A stretch of 64,000 nt of DNA, taken from contig OY762492.1 in NCBI GenBank assembly GCA_963665845.2, forward strand, positions 3,456,001 through 3,520,000, written 5' to 3'. The notes under the pieces are model-generated. The model was not told where the DNA came from. It made no database searches and worked only from the letters and a program-made list of their open reading frames with translations. This stretch comes from Candidatus Poribacteria bacterium. Lineage in GTDB: Bacteria; Poribacteria; WGA-4E; GCA-2687025. Of the stretch, positions 29,908-40,101 are shown in pieces (within the stretch, counting starts at the first letter, position 1; every line of letters starts with the position of its first letter). The position numbers and the translations under genes are program-made.

Positions 29908-30900
29908 TTATGGTCTTTCGGCGCGGTTTCTGCTCAATCGAAACTCTGGATTCTCGTAGAAATCGTATAGATGCTCAATGCCAAGGCGTCTATAAAGATT
30001 TCGAATGGCCAATGCGACTCTTTCTCTCGTTCCTTCGGGACCTGGCGGGAGGGATGGGGACGGAAAGCTGGTAATCCGACTGCCGTGGGTGACGGGAAGC
30101 TCCCCTTGCGCGGAAACCATAAGCGTTTGCATCTCCTGCCGCAGCAAGGCGGCGCGCGAGGCGGCGCTGTCGCGACGCGCCCGGATCCAATTCGCTTCGA
30201 GGTTTAGGAACCGATCCAACTGCTCTGGAGATGGGCGAAAGCCTGTGCGTTTACCGTAATTCATCACGGTTGGCAAGTTCCCAAAATGCTGAAACGGTTT
30301 TCCCCAGTTGTCTAGTCGTGCTTCGTAAGGCCTCGTTCCGTCTCCGCTCCCTATGGGCGGTTCAAACCCCCAGAAATTTCGATACGATTCCCAGGTTCTT
30401 GGGTCTCGCCAATCGATTTCGAAGGGAGCTATCATTTTGCTTCCTCCCGTTGCTTGGGTCCAATCAATTGAGAGTGGAGGCCCCGTAGGGGTTGCGCGCG
30501 CTGCTTTCAATGATTTCGAATCAACTTTGCGCGTTGTGGTATCCCAATCGGGATTGATACGGTAGGGATTGCCTTGCCGCGTGTAGGCGATCCTTCCGTA
30601 CCGTTCGCACCCAGGGGGAATCAAATTTGAGATTTCGCCGCTTGCAGTACCGGCGGCCGCTTTAGCGCTTGTCGCCGTTTCTTCATTCCGGGCGATTTCC
30701 TCGGCGTTTTCAGGCTTTTCGGCGGGGGCGTCCGGCGTCGTTGCCCGCTCCGTTTTGTCGATCTTGACGACAGGCGACTGGACGAACGTTTCATCGGCGG
30801 GAATGTCGTTCTCGGCGCTGTTGCGGTATGCCAGCCAGAACGCTCCCGCGATGATGAACGCGAGACCGACCAGCGCTCCTCCGATCGCAACTTTTTTCAT
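29908..30900 (-). CDS. hypothetical membrane-anchored protein, tandem paralog A
   Basis: N-terminal TM; shares TRQGN, PTGPPLS, WESYRNF.GF, DNWGKP, RTGFRPSPEQL and IEHLY.FYE with the neighbouring gene. Confidence 0.75.
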   Translation of the reverse strand: MKKVAIGGALVGLAFIIAGAFWLAYRNSAENDIPADETFVQSPVVKIDKTERATTPDAPAEKPENAEEIARNEETATSAKAAAGTASGEISNLIPPGCERYGRIAYTRQGNPYRINPDWDTTTRKVDSKSLKAARATPTGPPLSIDWTQATGGSKMIAPFEIDWRDPRTWESYRNFWGFEPPIGSGDGTRPYEARLDNWGKPFQHFGNLPTVMNYGKRTGFRPSPEQLDRFLNLEANWIRARRDSAASRAALLRQEMQTLMVSAQGELPVTHGSRITSFPSPSLPPGPEGTRERVALAIRNLYRRLGIEHLYDFYENPEFRLSRNRAERP

Positions 30901-30977
30901 GGCAAAACCCTTTCGTGTCGCTGCTTGCCTGTCGAGTCGTTTCGCATCGCTTCCGCGTTTCATGTTGGTTGTCTGCG

Positions 30978-31937
30978 TTACTTGCGGTTCTTTCTGAAAT
31001 CAGGTTTTTCGTAAAATTCATACAGATGTTCAATGTCCATCCGCTTGTAAAGGTCCCTGATCGCAGCGTCACTGGTTCTTCTTCTGCTTTCACGGGTTCG
31101 TTCCACATTGCCAGTTCCTTGATAGATGATGGCAACAGTCTCGGTATTGGGGAGCATGCCCTGGGCGGAATCCCTGAGATTGCGCATCTTTTGACGCAAT
31201 GCCTCTGCCGCGTCGGAATCGCCAACGAAACGCGCCCGACGCCATTCATCTTCAAGGTTCATATACCGCTCTAACTGCTCAGGGGAGGGTCGAAAACCAG
31301 TCCGTCTGCCATAGTCAATCACGATTGCGGTATTGTCATGCCATTGTATCGGCTTCCCCCAGTTGTCAATCATGGCTCTATAGCGGCTGGAACCGTTGGG
31401 GTTAAAAGGCGGGTCAAAGCCGAAGAAGTTACGGTAAGATTCCCACGCTCTTGGGTCTGTGAAATCAGCTCCTGGCACAAACTTTTTGATCGGATCCGAT
31501 TTTTCCGCTTTCCACCAGGGAAGAGACAGCGGAGGTCCGGTCGGCTCTTCGGCGGCAGCAGCCCACGCGGTCGGATCGTGTATTGACGGCACAGGACCAT
31601 ACTGATGCGGGTTGATGATGTACTCGTTCCCCTGCCGCGTGATCCCAATCATCTCGCCTTTCTCGTTCGTATAGGCGACGCGCGGCTTCGTTACGAGCGG
31701 GGGCGCATCTCCATTCGCCGCGGCTTCCGCTTCGCCTTCTGCCGTTTCGGTCGGGGAGTCCTGCGCGCCTTGCTTGGCGGTCGGCGCCTCCTGGCCGGAC
31801 TGGACGACGGGCGACTGGACGGGCGTCTCATCAACGGCAATGTCGTTCTCGGCGCTGTTGCGGTATGCCAGCCAGAACGCTACCGCGATAATGAACGCGA
31901 GACCGACCAGCGCTCCCCCGATGGCAACTTTTTTCAT
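30978..31937 (-). CDS. hypothetical membrane-anchored protein, tandem paralog B
   Basis: near-identical N-terminus MKKVAIGGALVGLAFIIA; GAAAGGA upstream. Confidence 0.75.
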   Translation of the reverse strand: MKKVAIGGALVGLAFIIAVAFWLAYRNSAENDIAVDETPVQSPVVQSGQEAPTAKQGAQDSPTETAEGEAEAAANGDAPPLVTKPRVAYTNEKGEMIGITRQGNEYIINPHQYGPVPSIHDPTAWAAAAEEPTGPPLSLPWWKAEKSDPIKKFVPGADFTDPRAWESYRNFFGFDPPFNPNGSSRYRAMIDNWGKPIQWHDNTAIVIDYGRRTGFRPSPEQLERYMNLEDEWRRARFVGDSDAAEALRQKMRNLRDSAQGMLPNTETVAIIYQGTGNVERTRESRRRTSDAAIRDLYKRMDIEHLYEFYEKPDFRKNRK

Positions 31938-32050
31938 GGCAAATCCTTTCTTTCGTCCGACGCTTTTATTATAGACCATAATTGCATCCGCTCAACTTTA
32001 GGCGTATCATGCGTTTCGTTGAAACGCCGCGCATATCGGAAAGGCATGTT

Positions 32051-32839
32051 ATGAAATCTGGGTTCATGAGTTCCGTCTGTCCAAAGCAGACGCTCCAGCA
32101 GCTGACCGCCTCCGCCCAAAAGTACGGCTATACGGGCATTGAGTTCCGCGTCGAATGGGGGCATGGGCATGGCGTTGAGCTGGACGTTTCGCCCGCCGAC
32201 CTGCAGAACGCCCGCCGTCATCTCGCCGACGCCGGCATAGACGCCTCATGCGTCGCGACGAGCGTCAAATTCAACACAAACGATCCGCTTCACCATGAAA
32301 GCCATCAGGAAACGTTGAGGCGTTACATACCGCTTGCCGCCGAGATCGGCGCGCCATGCATCCGTACCTTTTCGGATCCGCTGCCTGAAGAGAACGAAGC
32401 GGCGCGCAGCGAGATCTTGAAACGCGCCGCCGATTCCTACGCCGCCGTGAACGAGCTTGCCGCGGAGCATGACATCCGCGTTCTCGTGGAGACGCACACG
32501 AACATGCGCGCCCACTGGGCAATGCAGGTTCTGGAGCTGGCGCAGGCGTCCCATCTTCAAGTTCTATGGGATCCTGGGCATCATGTGCGGCGGGGTCAGT
32601 CGGTTGATGAGGCGCATGGTTATCTGCAGGGCAGCGTCGCGCATCTGCATTTTGGAACGGCCGGCCCTGGGGAAGGCTCCATGTCGGAGGAGGAGCATGC
32701 GCGCGTGGTGGAGCTGCTGAACGCGGACCGGTTTGAGGGGTATTTTTCGGTGGAGGTGATCAATCCGGACGATTCGGACGCGGTCTTGGCATACAACAGC
32801 CGGCAGTTTGAAACGTATCTGGAGGCGGCGCGTCGATAA
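32051..32839 (+). CDS. sugar phosphate isomerase/epimerase (xylose-isomerase-like TIM barrel)
   Basis: GYTGIEFR, VETH, WDPGH and GYFSVE motifs. Confidence 0.88.
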   Translation: MKSGFMSSVCPKQTLQQLTASAQKYGYTGIEFRVEWGHGHGVELDVSPADLQNARRHLADAGIDASCVATSVKFNTNDPLHHESHQETLRRYIPLAAEIGAPCIRTFSDPLPEENEAARSEILKRAADSYAAVNELAAEHDIRVLVETHTNMRAHWAMQVLELAQASHLQVLWDPGHHVRRGQSVDEAHGYLQGSVAHLHFGTAGPGEGSMSEEEHARVVELLNADRFEGYFSVEVINPDDSDAVLAYNSRQFETYLEAARR

Positions 32840-32995
32840 GATTCCCGCTTTGACCCAAAAGCGTTTGCGCAACCCGCTGTTCCCCGTTTTCACGAGGATA
32901 TGCATTTCGGGCGCGGCTAAAACCCCCAGCCCTCCTTTTTTTTAAGGGGGAGTCCAGAAACCCGCGCCCTACACCCGCTGTCATCGTCCGCTGCA

Positions 32996-34252
32996 TCAAC
33001 CCTTTCTCTGACAGACAACGATGCATTCTTCATGCATCGTCGGCGCCGTTTTCCCGGCGATGTTTGCGGGGCTGTTCGTTTTCGGCATGCGCTTGTTCGG
33101 GATATTGCGGACGATCGTCTCTCGGTGGGCGAAGCCATGGCGTTCAAACGCGGCGGCGATGAATTCGTCTGTCCGCAGATATTCGCCTTTCACCCGGCGG
33201 TTTCCGACAACATAACAGACCGTCGACACGGGCTTCAGCGCCTTGGCGACCGCGGCGGCGCTGCGTTCCAGGTCGGCGTAAAACGCGGACGCTTCTCTCC
33301 CCCGTTTCTCGTCCTGCGCGCGAATCCTCTCAACCGCCGAGGCGACCGGCGAATCGGGGTCATGCGCCGCCTCTCCGACGCGCCCGCCCATGCTCATTTT
33401 GTCGACGCGCCGCGCCTCGGCGTATCCGATCCACTCCGACGCCAGCCGCGAAAATTGCCCGTACGCGACGGTCGTCTGCGAATCGCCGTACGGCGGCGAG
33501 GTCAGCGCGAGCGCATACCCGTTCGGCGGATGCGGCATCGGCAACTCGCCATGCGCCGTATTCGCGCTTGAAACATGCGCCTCCACCCGCTTTCGCTTCT
33601 GAAGATAGGCGGACATGCCCAGCCTGTTTCGGTACAGCTTTTTGCGGAAAACGTCAAAAACATCGGGGTTGAAAGTTTCCATCTTCGGCGCGGGGATGCG
33701 ATGCAGTTTGAATTCGCCCGTCCGCGTGTATGAGCATTCTCGTACCGTTTCGGAAAAGGCGACCCAGAAAAAATCGCGGATCGAGTCATCCTCCTCGGCG
33801 CCGATTTCAGCCCGAAGAAACGCAAGCCTTTCGATCACATCGTCCGAGAACCAGTACTCAAGATTGAGTATGTCAGGGACGGGGCGTTCTGGGACGTCTC
33901 CCGAAAAGCCGACCTTCAGCAGCCTTCCGCTCAAGCGGTCTAGACGCAAATCCAAGAGGGCGGGCGGAATCGGCGTCGTCTTGACGCGCGCGATGAGCCG
34001 CGCCAGCGGGTTGATGTCGCACCCGACGCTATGCATTCCGAACAGCGACGCCTCCGCCAGCGATGTTCCTGTCCCGCAGTACGGATCCAGCAGCCATTCG
34101 CCCTCAACGCCGTACCGTTTCAGAAGCTCCCGCGCGATCTGCGGGATCATTCGGGCGGGGTAGTTGTGGAAGCAGTGCGTGTACTCTTTTGTGTTCGCCC
34201 CGCGGAAATCCCAGTCCGCCTCATGCGTCTTATTGATGGGCGTCCCTTTCAT
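32996..34252 (-). CDS. amino DNA methyltransferase, probably N4-cytosine; no adjacent endonuclease
   Basis: THCFHNYPARMIPQIA, LDPYCGTGT (motif I), TSPPY (motif IV), VVGNR. Confidence 0.9.
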   Translation of the reverse strand: MKGTPINKTHEADWDFRGANTKEYTHCFHNYPARMIPQIARELLKRYGVEGEWLLDPYCGTGTSLAEASLFGMHSVGCDINPLARLIARVKTTPIPPALLDLRLDRLSGRLLKVGFSGDVPERPVPDILNLEYWFSDDVIERLAFLRAEIGAEEDDSIRDFFWVAFSETVRECSYTRTGEFKLHRIPAPKMETFNPDVFDVFRKKLYRNRLGMSAYLQKRKRVEAHVSSANTAHGELPMPHPPNGYALALTSPPYGDSQTTVAYGQFSRLASEWIGYAEARRVDKMSMGGRVGEAAHDPDSPVASAVERIRAQDEKRGREASAFYADLERSAAAVAKALKPVSTVCYVVGNRRVKGEYLRTDEFIAAAFERHGFAHRETIVRNIPNKRMPKTNSPANIAGKTAPTMHEECIVVCQRKG

Positions 34253-35091
34253 TCACCCCAGAGGTCCAAACCCAGCAGTTTCCGTCCGAGCGGCGAGAGC
34301 GGCGCCGGTCCGTAATTCTCCGCTTCCCATCCGCGCGCGTCGCCGCGGAAGGAGCCGTGTCCAGAAGCGCGCCGTTCGCGCCACAACGCGACGCGCCCAT
34401 CCCGCGCCGCCTCGCTCGGAGACTGCGGCGCCGGACTCTGGTTGATGTACTGCGCGATGCGCGGCTTGTCGGAGGTGTTGCGCCCGTTGCCGTGCGGCAA
34501 GGCGCGGTGCCAGATCAGCAGGTCGCCCTGATTTGCCGGTATTTGGTGAAACAGCCCTGGCTCCAGCTTCGGCGCAAACGGGTCTTTCTCCCGGATCAGC
34601 GTCTTATGCGCCCCCGGCATGCAGACGAACGAGCCTTGATCGGAGGCGGTGTCGCGCAGAAACAGAACGCCCTGCGTCCCAAACCCCAGCGGCAGCTTCG
34701 TCACATCTGCGTCCCAGTGGTACATTCCCTTATGATCCCACTGCGGATGGTCGGGATGGCGCGGCGGTTTGAAATTGACGCGGTCAAGCGACGTCCACAG
34801 CTTCTCCGTTCCCCAAAGCTCCGAGAACGCCTGATGAATGCGCGGACTTTGCCGCGTCTGCCACATGGCGGGATGCTGATACATCTCCACCATGCCGGCG
34901 CCGGGGCGGTGCGGCGCTTTATACCAGTCGTTCGGATCGCTCGGGTCGAAGCCCAAGAAGCTGAAGACGGCGTCCACAACCGCTTCGCAATGCTTCTTCG
35001 GCGCCGCTTCGCGCACAATCACATACCCGTTTTCGTTAAAAAAGTCTCGGTCTTTTTGCGTCAAAACGCCCATTTTCAACGCTCCTTTCAT
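34249..35091 (-). CDS. phytanoyl-CoA dioxygenase (PhyH) family 2OG-Fe(II) oxygenase
   Basis: FFNENGYVIVR, HWD, GDLLIWH..LPHG..N..PR. Confidence 0.88.
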   Translation of the reverse strand: MKGALKMGVLTQKDRDFFNENGYVIVREAAPKKHCEAVVDAVFSFLGFDPSDPNDWYKAPHRPGAGMVEMYQHPAMWQTRQSPRIHQAFSELWGTEKLWTSLDRVNFKPPRHPDHPQWDHKGMYHWDADVTKLPLGFGTQGVLFLRDTASDQGSFVCMPGAHKTLIREKDPFAPKLEPGLFHQIPANQGDLLIWHRALPHGNGRNTSDKPRIAQYINQSPAPQSPSEAARDGRVALWRERRASGHGSFRGDARGWEAENYGPAPLSPLGRKLLGLDLWGE

Positions 35092-35104
35092 GGAGAATTG
35101 CGCC

Positions 35105-36082
35105 TTACCGGTCGCGGACAGCCAGCCCGCGCGCCAGATTTATCAGCGCTTCCTTGGCGCCGCTTTCGGGCAGCGCCTTCAAATGATCAATCGCCTGCTC
35201 CGTATAATCGGCAGCGGTCTTCAAAGCGTATTTTAACCCGCCCAACGCCTCGGCGCGCTGAACGATCCACTCCGTCTCTTCGGGCGAACGCTCATCCGCC
35301 AGCATCAGTTCGCGCAGGCGGGCGCGTTCTTCGGGGCTGCAGTTGTCCCGAAAAAACATCGCCGGGAGCGTCATTTTGCCTTCGCGCAGGTCGTTGCGCG
35401 TCGGCTTGCCGAAAACGCTCTCCTCGCCGATCATGTCTAAGACATCGTCCATCACTTGAAACGCGATGCCGACCGCATGTCCGTAGGACGCCAGCGCCTC
35501 AACCGCGTCGGAACCCGCCGAGCCTTGCAGCGCGCCGATGCGGCATGAGCAGGACATCAACCGCGCCGTCTTCAGCTCTATCACCTTAAAGTAGTCGTCC
35601 AGCTCCAGTTCAAAGTCGCGCGCTTGGTAGGCGTGAATCACTTCGCCTTCGCACATGGACTGCGTCGCTTCGGCGACCGCCTCGTACACCTCTTCGTTCG
35701 CCTTGCATGCGACGAGTACGGCTAAAACGCGCGCATGCATATAGTCGCCGACCAGCACCGCCACCTTGTTGCCGAATTTGGCGTTCAGCGTTTCCTGTCC
35801 GCGGCGCATAGGCGATTCGTCGATCACATCGTCATGGGCGAGCGAGGCGATATGGATCAGCTCCATCGCGGCGGCGAGGTCGTACATGGCGCCGCCTGAC
35901 GCGCCGGCGGCGCGCGCCGAAAGGAGCGTCAGTATCGGCCGCAGACGTTTTCCGCCGCCCTTGATGACATGTTGCGCCGCTTGATCGACAAACTCATAGA
36001 CGTTCGCCGCCCGCTCCAAGAGGCGCCGCTCCACAATCTCAAGGTCGCTTTGGACGAATGCGTTCACCTTTTCAATCGACAT
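35105..36082 (-). CDS. polyprenyl diphosphate synthase
   Basis: GGKRLRP, HDDVID..RRG, KTA and FQVMDDVLD motifs. Confidence 0.95.
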   Translation of the reverse strand: MSIEKVNAFVQSDLEIVERRLLERAANVYEFVDQAAQHVIKGGGKRLRPILTLLSARAAGASGGAMYDLAAAMELIHIASLAHDDVIDESPMRRGQETLNAKFGNKVAVLVGDYMHARVLAVLVACKANEEVYEAVAEATQSMCEGEVIHAYQARDFELELDDYFKVIELKTARLMSCSCRIGALQGSAGSDAVEALASYGHAVGIAFQVMDDVLDMIGEESVFGKPTRNDLREGKMTLPAMFFRDNCSPEERARLRELMLADERSPEETEWIVQRAEALGGLKYALKTAADYTEQAIDHLKALPESGAKEALINLARGLAVRDR

Positions 36083-37388
36083 GCGCGCCGCCCGCTTCAA
36101 CCTCTTCAACCGCTTCTTTGAACGCTTTCTCGGTCGCTTCGATTTCCGCCGCCGTATGCGCTGTTGAAACAAAAAACGCCTCAAACTGCGCGGGAGGCAG
36201 GTAGACGCCGCGGTTCAACATGGCGCGGTGAAAGCGTCCAAACTTCTCCGTGTCGCACGCGAGCGCGCCGTCATAATCGGTTACAGGTCCTTCGCCAAAA
36301 AAGACGCACAGCATGGAGCCGACGCGCGCCGTGTAAAACGGACCCGCCGCCTCTGAAAGCGCGCGTCGAATGGCCGCCTCTAATTGCGCGCCGAGCGTTT
36401 CAAGCCGTTCATAGACGCCCGGTTTTTTCAACTCGGTCAACGCGGCAATGCCCGCCGCCGCCGCCAGCGGATTTCCGGACAGCGTCCCCGCCTGATAGAC
36501 CGGACCGGTCGGCGCGACGACCGCCATGATGTCGGCGCGCCCGCCGTATGCCCCAACAGGCAAACCGCCGCCGACAATCTTGCCGAGACAGGTCATGTCG
36601 GGGGAGACGCCGTAACGCTCCTGCGCGCCGCCGTAAGCGAGGCGAAAGCCGGTCATCACCTCGTCAAAGATGAGCAGCGCGCCATGTTTCGTTGTCAATT
36701 CGCGCAGCGCCTCTAGATACCCTTCCGCCGGCGGAACCAGCCCCATATTGCCGGCGGCAGGCTCCAAGATGACGCAGGCGACTTCGTCCGGATGTTCCGA
36801 CATGGCGCGGTCGACCGCATCGGCGTCGTTGAACGGAACGATGAGCGTATGTTTGGCAAAATCGGCGGGGACGCCCGCGCTGGTCGGCGTTCCAAAGGTG
36901 GTCGCGCCGGAGCCTGCTTTCACCAACAGATAGTCGGCATGTCCATGGTAGCAGCCGGCGGCTTTGACAATCATATCGCGCCCGGTGAAGCCGCGCGCCG
37001 CGCGTATCGCGCTCATCGTCGCCTCGGTGCCTGAATTGACGAGGCGTACGCGGTCCATGGACGGGTACGCTTCGAGGATCATCGCCGCCAGCCGCGTTTC
37101 GTATTCGCCGCAGGTTCCAAAGCTGGTTCCGCGCTTCAACGCTTCGCCGACCGCCGCTTCAATGGACGGATGCGCGTGTCCTAAAATGAGGGGACCCCAT
37201 GAGGCAACATAGTCGATATATCGGTTTCCGTCGGCGTCCATGAGATGCGGCCCGGCGCCGCGCTCCATAAAGACCGGGTCGCCTTGGACGGCTTGAAAGG
37301 CGCGGACGGGGCTGTTGACGCCGCCTGGCATCGTTTGCTGCGCCTCCGCCCACAACTCCGCCGACCGACTCCGTTTGCGATTCGGCAT
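36072..37388 (-). CDS. hemL: glutamate-1-semialdehyde 2,1-aminomutase
   Basis: [58 protein letters not shown]. Confidence 0.97.
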   Translation of the reverse strand: MPNRKRSRSAELWAEAQQTMPGGVNSPVRAFQAVQGDPVFMERGAGPHLMDADGNRYIDYVASWGPLILGHAHPSIEAAVGEALKRGTSFGTCGEYETRLAAMILEAYPSMDRVRLVNSGTEATMSAIRAARGFTGRDMIVKAAGCYHGHADYLLVKAGSGATTFGTPTSAGVPADFAKHTLIVPFNDADAVDRAMSEHPDEVACVILEPAAGNMGLVPPAEGYLEALRELTTKHGALLIFDEVMTGFRLAYGGAQERYGVSPDMTCLGKIVGGGLPVGAYGGRADIMAVVAPTGPVYQAGTLSGNPLAAAAGIAALTELKKPGVYERLETLGAQLEAAIRRALSEAAGPFYTARVGSMLCVFFGEGPVTDYDGALACDTEKFGRFHRAMLNRGVYLPPAQFEAFFVSTAHTAAEIEATEKAFKEAVEEVEAGGAHVD

Positions 37389-37563
37389 CGCTCCAACGCT
37401 CCTGCCCTACAACTGCGATCGCTAATAAGCATACCATACCAGATTGCGCTCTGAATAGAAAGCGCAACTCTTCGACGGCGGTACGCTGATGCGGTAAAAC
37501 GCGCGGGAATCCAGAGGCGCCGTAGAAACCATCCGCGTTCACCTGATGTCAAGAAAACGCGGT

Positions 37564-37591
37564 TTGACAACCCCCCAGCATCGTGTATAAT
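37564..37591 (+). promoter_or_regulatory. consensus sigma70 promoter for the TPR-PIN-PIN locus
   Basis: perfect TTGACA (37564) and TATAAT (37586) with 16-bp spacer. Confidence 0.75.
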
Positions 37592-37640
37592 AATCTGACA
37601 GCGCGGCATAGCGCCGCATCGGTTGCGATTGGAGCGAAGC

Positions 37641-39647
37641 ATGGCTGAACGAAGCGAAATTCAGAGCGATCGATTTTTAGCGCATCTTACATCGCAGAGC
37701 ATTGTTGCGGACAGTGAATCCATCTTTCAGGGCGGTTTTCAACAACCGCAAATCATGGCGTTTTCAGTAGAATCTAACAGTCCCCTATTCACCTCGCTCA
37801 ATGAGGCTGTTGATCAAACACGGACTTCCTCTGATCAATCGAAAGGCTCCGGCGGCGCCGTTGAAGCGCAGCCTAAAGATCGGTCGGCTGCTCTGAACGA
37901 AATTGCAGATCCGAAACTTCGCGGAGCTCTGAATAGAGCGTTGAAATCGCAAGACGAAGCGGACGAAAAAGGCGTCAATAAAAAAACGCGCTACAGATTG
38001 CTGATGCAAGCAGTCGGGAACTACAGTGACGCTTTGGATTTGATGGCGCGACAGAACGAAGGCGAAAAAGACGTTGCGTTGGAATCGGCTATTCATAATG
38101 GCATTGGCGTCGCTTACGGGATTATTGGCCGTTCAGATGACGCAATTGACAGATTTGGCAAAGCCATCAAGATTGATCCCGACAATGCGATTGCCCACTA
38201 CAATTATGGCGTCGTTTGCATACAGAGCGGGAAGATTGACGCGGACGCATATCATAGCCTGGGCGTCGGTTCCATGTTACGCGGCAACGCCGACGAAGGC
38301 GTAAAAAATCTCAAAAAAGCGATTGATCTAGGCTCTAAGAACTCTGACACATTTTTGTATTTGGCTACCTATTATACACAAATTGGCGATCTTGATCAAA
38401 CTATAGCCTATCTTAAAAAAGCCGTTAATATTAGTCCAAAAGATGCAAAATTATATCACAGGTTAGGCATTGCGTATGGAGAATCGAAAAATCCGAACAA
38501 AGCAATTGAAAATTTTGAAATAGCCGTCAAAATTAATCCAAATGATGCGGGAATTTACTATAGTCTGGGTGTTGCTTACAGTCTGGTAGGCAATCGCAAG
38601 AAAGCGATTGAATATGGACATATGTCTATTGATCTCAATCCTGATTTTGCTGACGCTCTCTTTAACCTAGGGAATGAATACATAAGGGAAAGAGAATTCG
38701 ATACCGCAATAAAATATCTCAAAAGGGCTATTGAAAAAGGTCCTCGCCGCATAGACGCTTATATGAACCTGAGCTATGCGTATGAGAAAAGCAACAGATC
38801 TGAGGATGCAATTGAATGTTGCCTTAAGGCGCTTGCGATCAACCCCGAAAACATCGTTGCGCATCATAACCTAGGTATTGCGTATGCGAGAGCCGACAAC
38901 CTTGAAGCCGCCCTTGAAAGCAGTCTTCAAGCGATCCGAATGAAACCCGACTTCGCCGCCGCATATATGGGGCGCAGTTTCATCTATCTTATAAAAAGAG
39001 AACAGGACGAGGCAGCAGGTCAGCAGGACGAGGCAGCAGATCAGATGAATGAGGCAGCGGAAGACTTCGCTGTCGCGCTGTCGCTCAATCCAGAGCGGTA
39101 TCAGGAGTATGCCGACATATTTGCTGATGTTCTGCGGAAGATCGAAGAAGATGAAGCGCCCTGGAACGAGCTGCGCGCCGCGCTCATCCAGGCGCAGTCG
39201 GACGCGGAGCATGAACAGCCGGAGGGATGGACGACTCTCCTCAATAGCGCGTTGGAGGCGGTCGACAAGCTCGCCCCGCTGCGAAAAGACATACGCCGCC
39301 TCAACCGCGCGGCGAAATATTTGGCGGTAGAAGAATGCCGCGATGTCCGGACAGAGCTTGGATATGTCCTGAACGAGGCGCTGGATCGATTAGGCTCTCT
39401 AGCGGCGTTTCAGCGCGAGACGGCGCGGCATGCGCTTTCGATGGAAGCGTCGGGAGAAGAAAAAGATGGCTTTGCGGCGGCGCTGCTCCGGCTCAATCGG
39501 TCGCTGGACGCCATAAAGATTGAGGAGGTCAACGATGATTTTCTGAAAATTCGGGCAGATAATTCGATGCAAACCCTCCGCTATCTGCAGACCCGTATCA
39601 AAACGGGCGGGCGAAAGTTCACATGGGAAGAAGCGAATGAGCGTTGA
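37641..39647 (+). CDS. TPR-array protein with helical domain and C-terminal antitoxin-like tail
   Basis: about 10 TPR units; ends ..TGGRKFTWEEANER and overlaps the PIN start by 11 nt; GGAG before ATG 37641. Confidence 0.85.
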   Translation: MAERSEIQSDRFLAHLTSQSIVADSESIFQGGFQQPQIMAFSVESNSPLFTSLNEAVDQTRTSSDQSKGSGGAVEAQPKDRSAALNEIADPKLRGALNRALKSQDEADEKGVNKKTRYRLLMQAVGNYSDALDLMARQNEGEKDVALESAIHNGIGVAYGIIGRSDDAIDRFGKAIKIDPDNAIAHYNYGVVCIQSGKIDADAYHSLGVGSMLRGNADEGVKNLKKAIDLGSKNSDTFLYLATYYTQIGDLDQTIAYLKKAVNISPKDAKLYHRLGIAYGESKNPNKAIENFEIAVKINPNDAGIYYSLGVAYSLVGNRKKAIEYGHMSIDLNPDFADALFNLGNEYIREREFDTAIKYLKRAIEKGPRRIDAYMNLSYAYEKSNRSEDAIECCLKALAINPENIVAHHNLGIAYARADNLEAALESSLQAIRMKPDFAAAYMGRSFIYLIKREQDEAAGQQDEAADQMNEAAEDFAVALSLNPERYQEYADIFADVLRKIEEDEAPWNELRAALIQAQSDAEHEQPEGWTTLLNSALEAVDKLAPLRKDIRRLNRAAKYLAVEECRDVRTELGYVLNEALDRLGSLAAFQRETARHALSMEASGEEKDGFAAALLRLNRSLDAIKIEEVNDDFLKIRADNSMQTLRYLQTRIKTGGRKFTWEEANER

Positions 39648-40101
39648 TGCGTTTATCGATACAAACGTCGTACTATACAAGTATGACCATAAGGATGCGT
39701 CTAAACAAAGAAAGGCGGACCGTCTCATCAAAAGCGCGGTCGAAAATAAAGACGCGTGCATCAACTATCAGGTCGTTCAGGAGACGCTGGCTGTTCTGTC
39801 GGGCGGAAAATTCAGAGCGCCTCTTAGAGAGCTGGAAGCGGAGCTGCGGGATACGTTGTTGCCGCTCTGGACGGCAAACCCTGCGCAAAATGCGACGCCG
39901 ACCCCAGACCTCTACCGCCGCGCCGCCGCTGTCATGGACAAGAGCGGCTACAGCTTTTATGACAGCGTTGTCATCGCCGGCGCTCTTGAAGCAGGCTGCA
40001 AAACGCTTTACACCGAAGATATGGAGGACGGACATCAACTCGAATCTGTAACGATTGTCAACCCGTTCAAAGAAGAGGAGAACGCGCATTCCAAATCCTG
40101 A
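39637..40101 (+). CDS. PIN domain ribonuclease (VapC-like)
   Basis: FIDTNV, QVVQE, SFYDS, GCKTLYTED and IVNPF; acidic tetrad intact. Confidence 0.93.
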   Translation: MSVDAFIDTNVVLYKYDHKDASKQRKADRLIKSAVENKDACINYQVVQETLAVLSGGKFRAPLRELEAELRDTLLPLWTANPAQNATPTPDLYRRAAAVMDKSGYSFYDSVVIAGALEAGCKTLYTEDMEDGHQLESVTIVNPFKEEENAHSKS

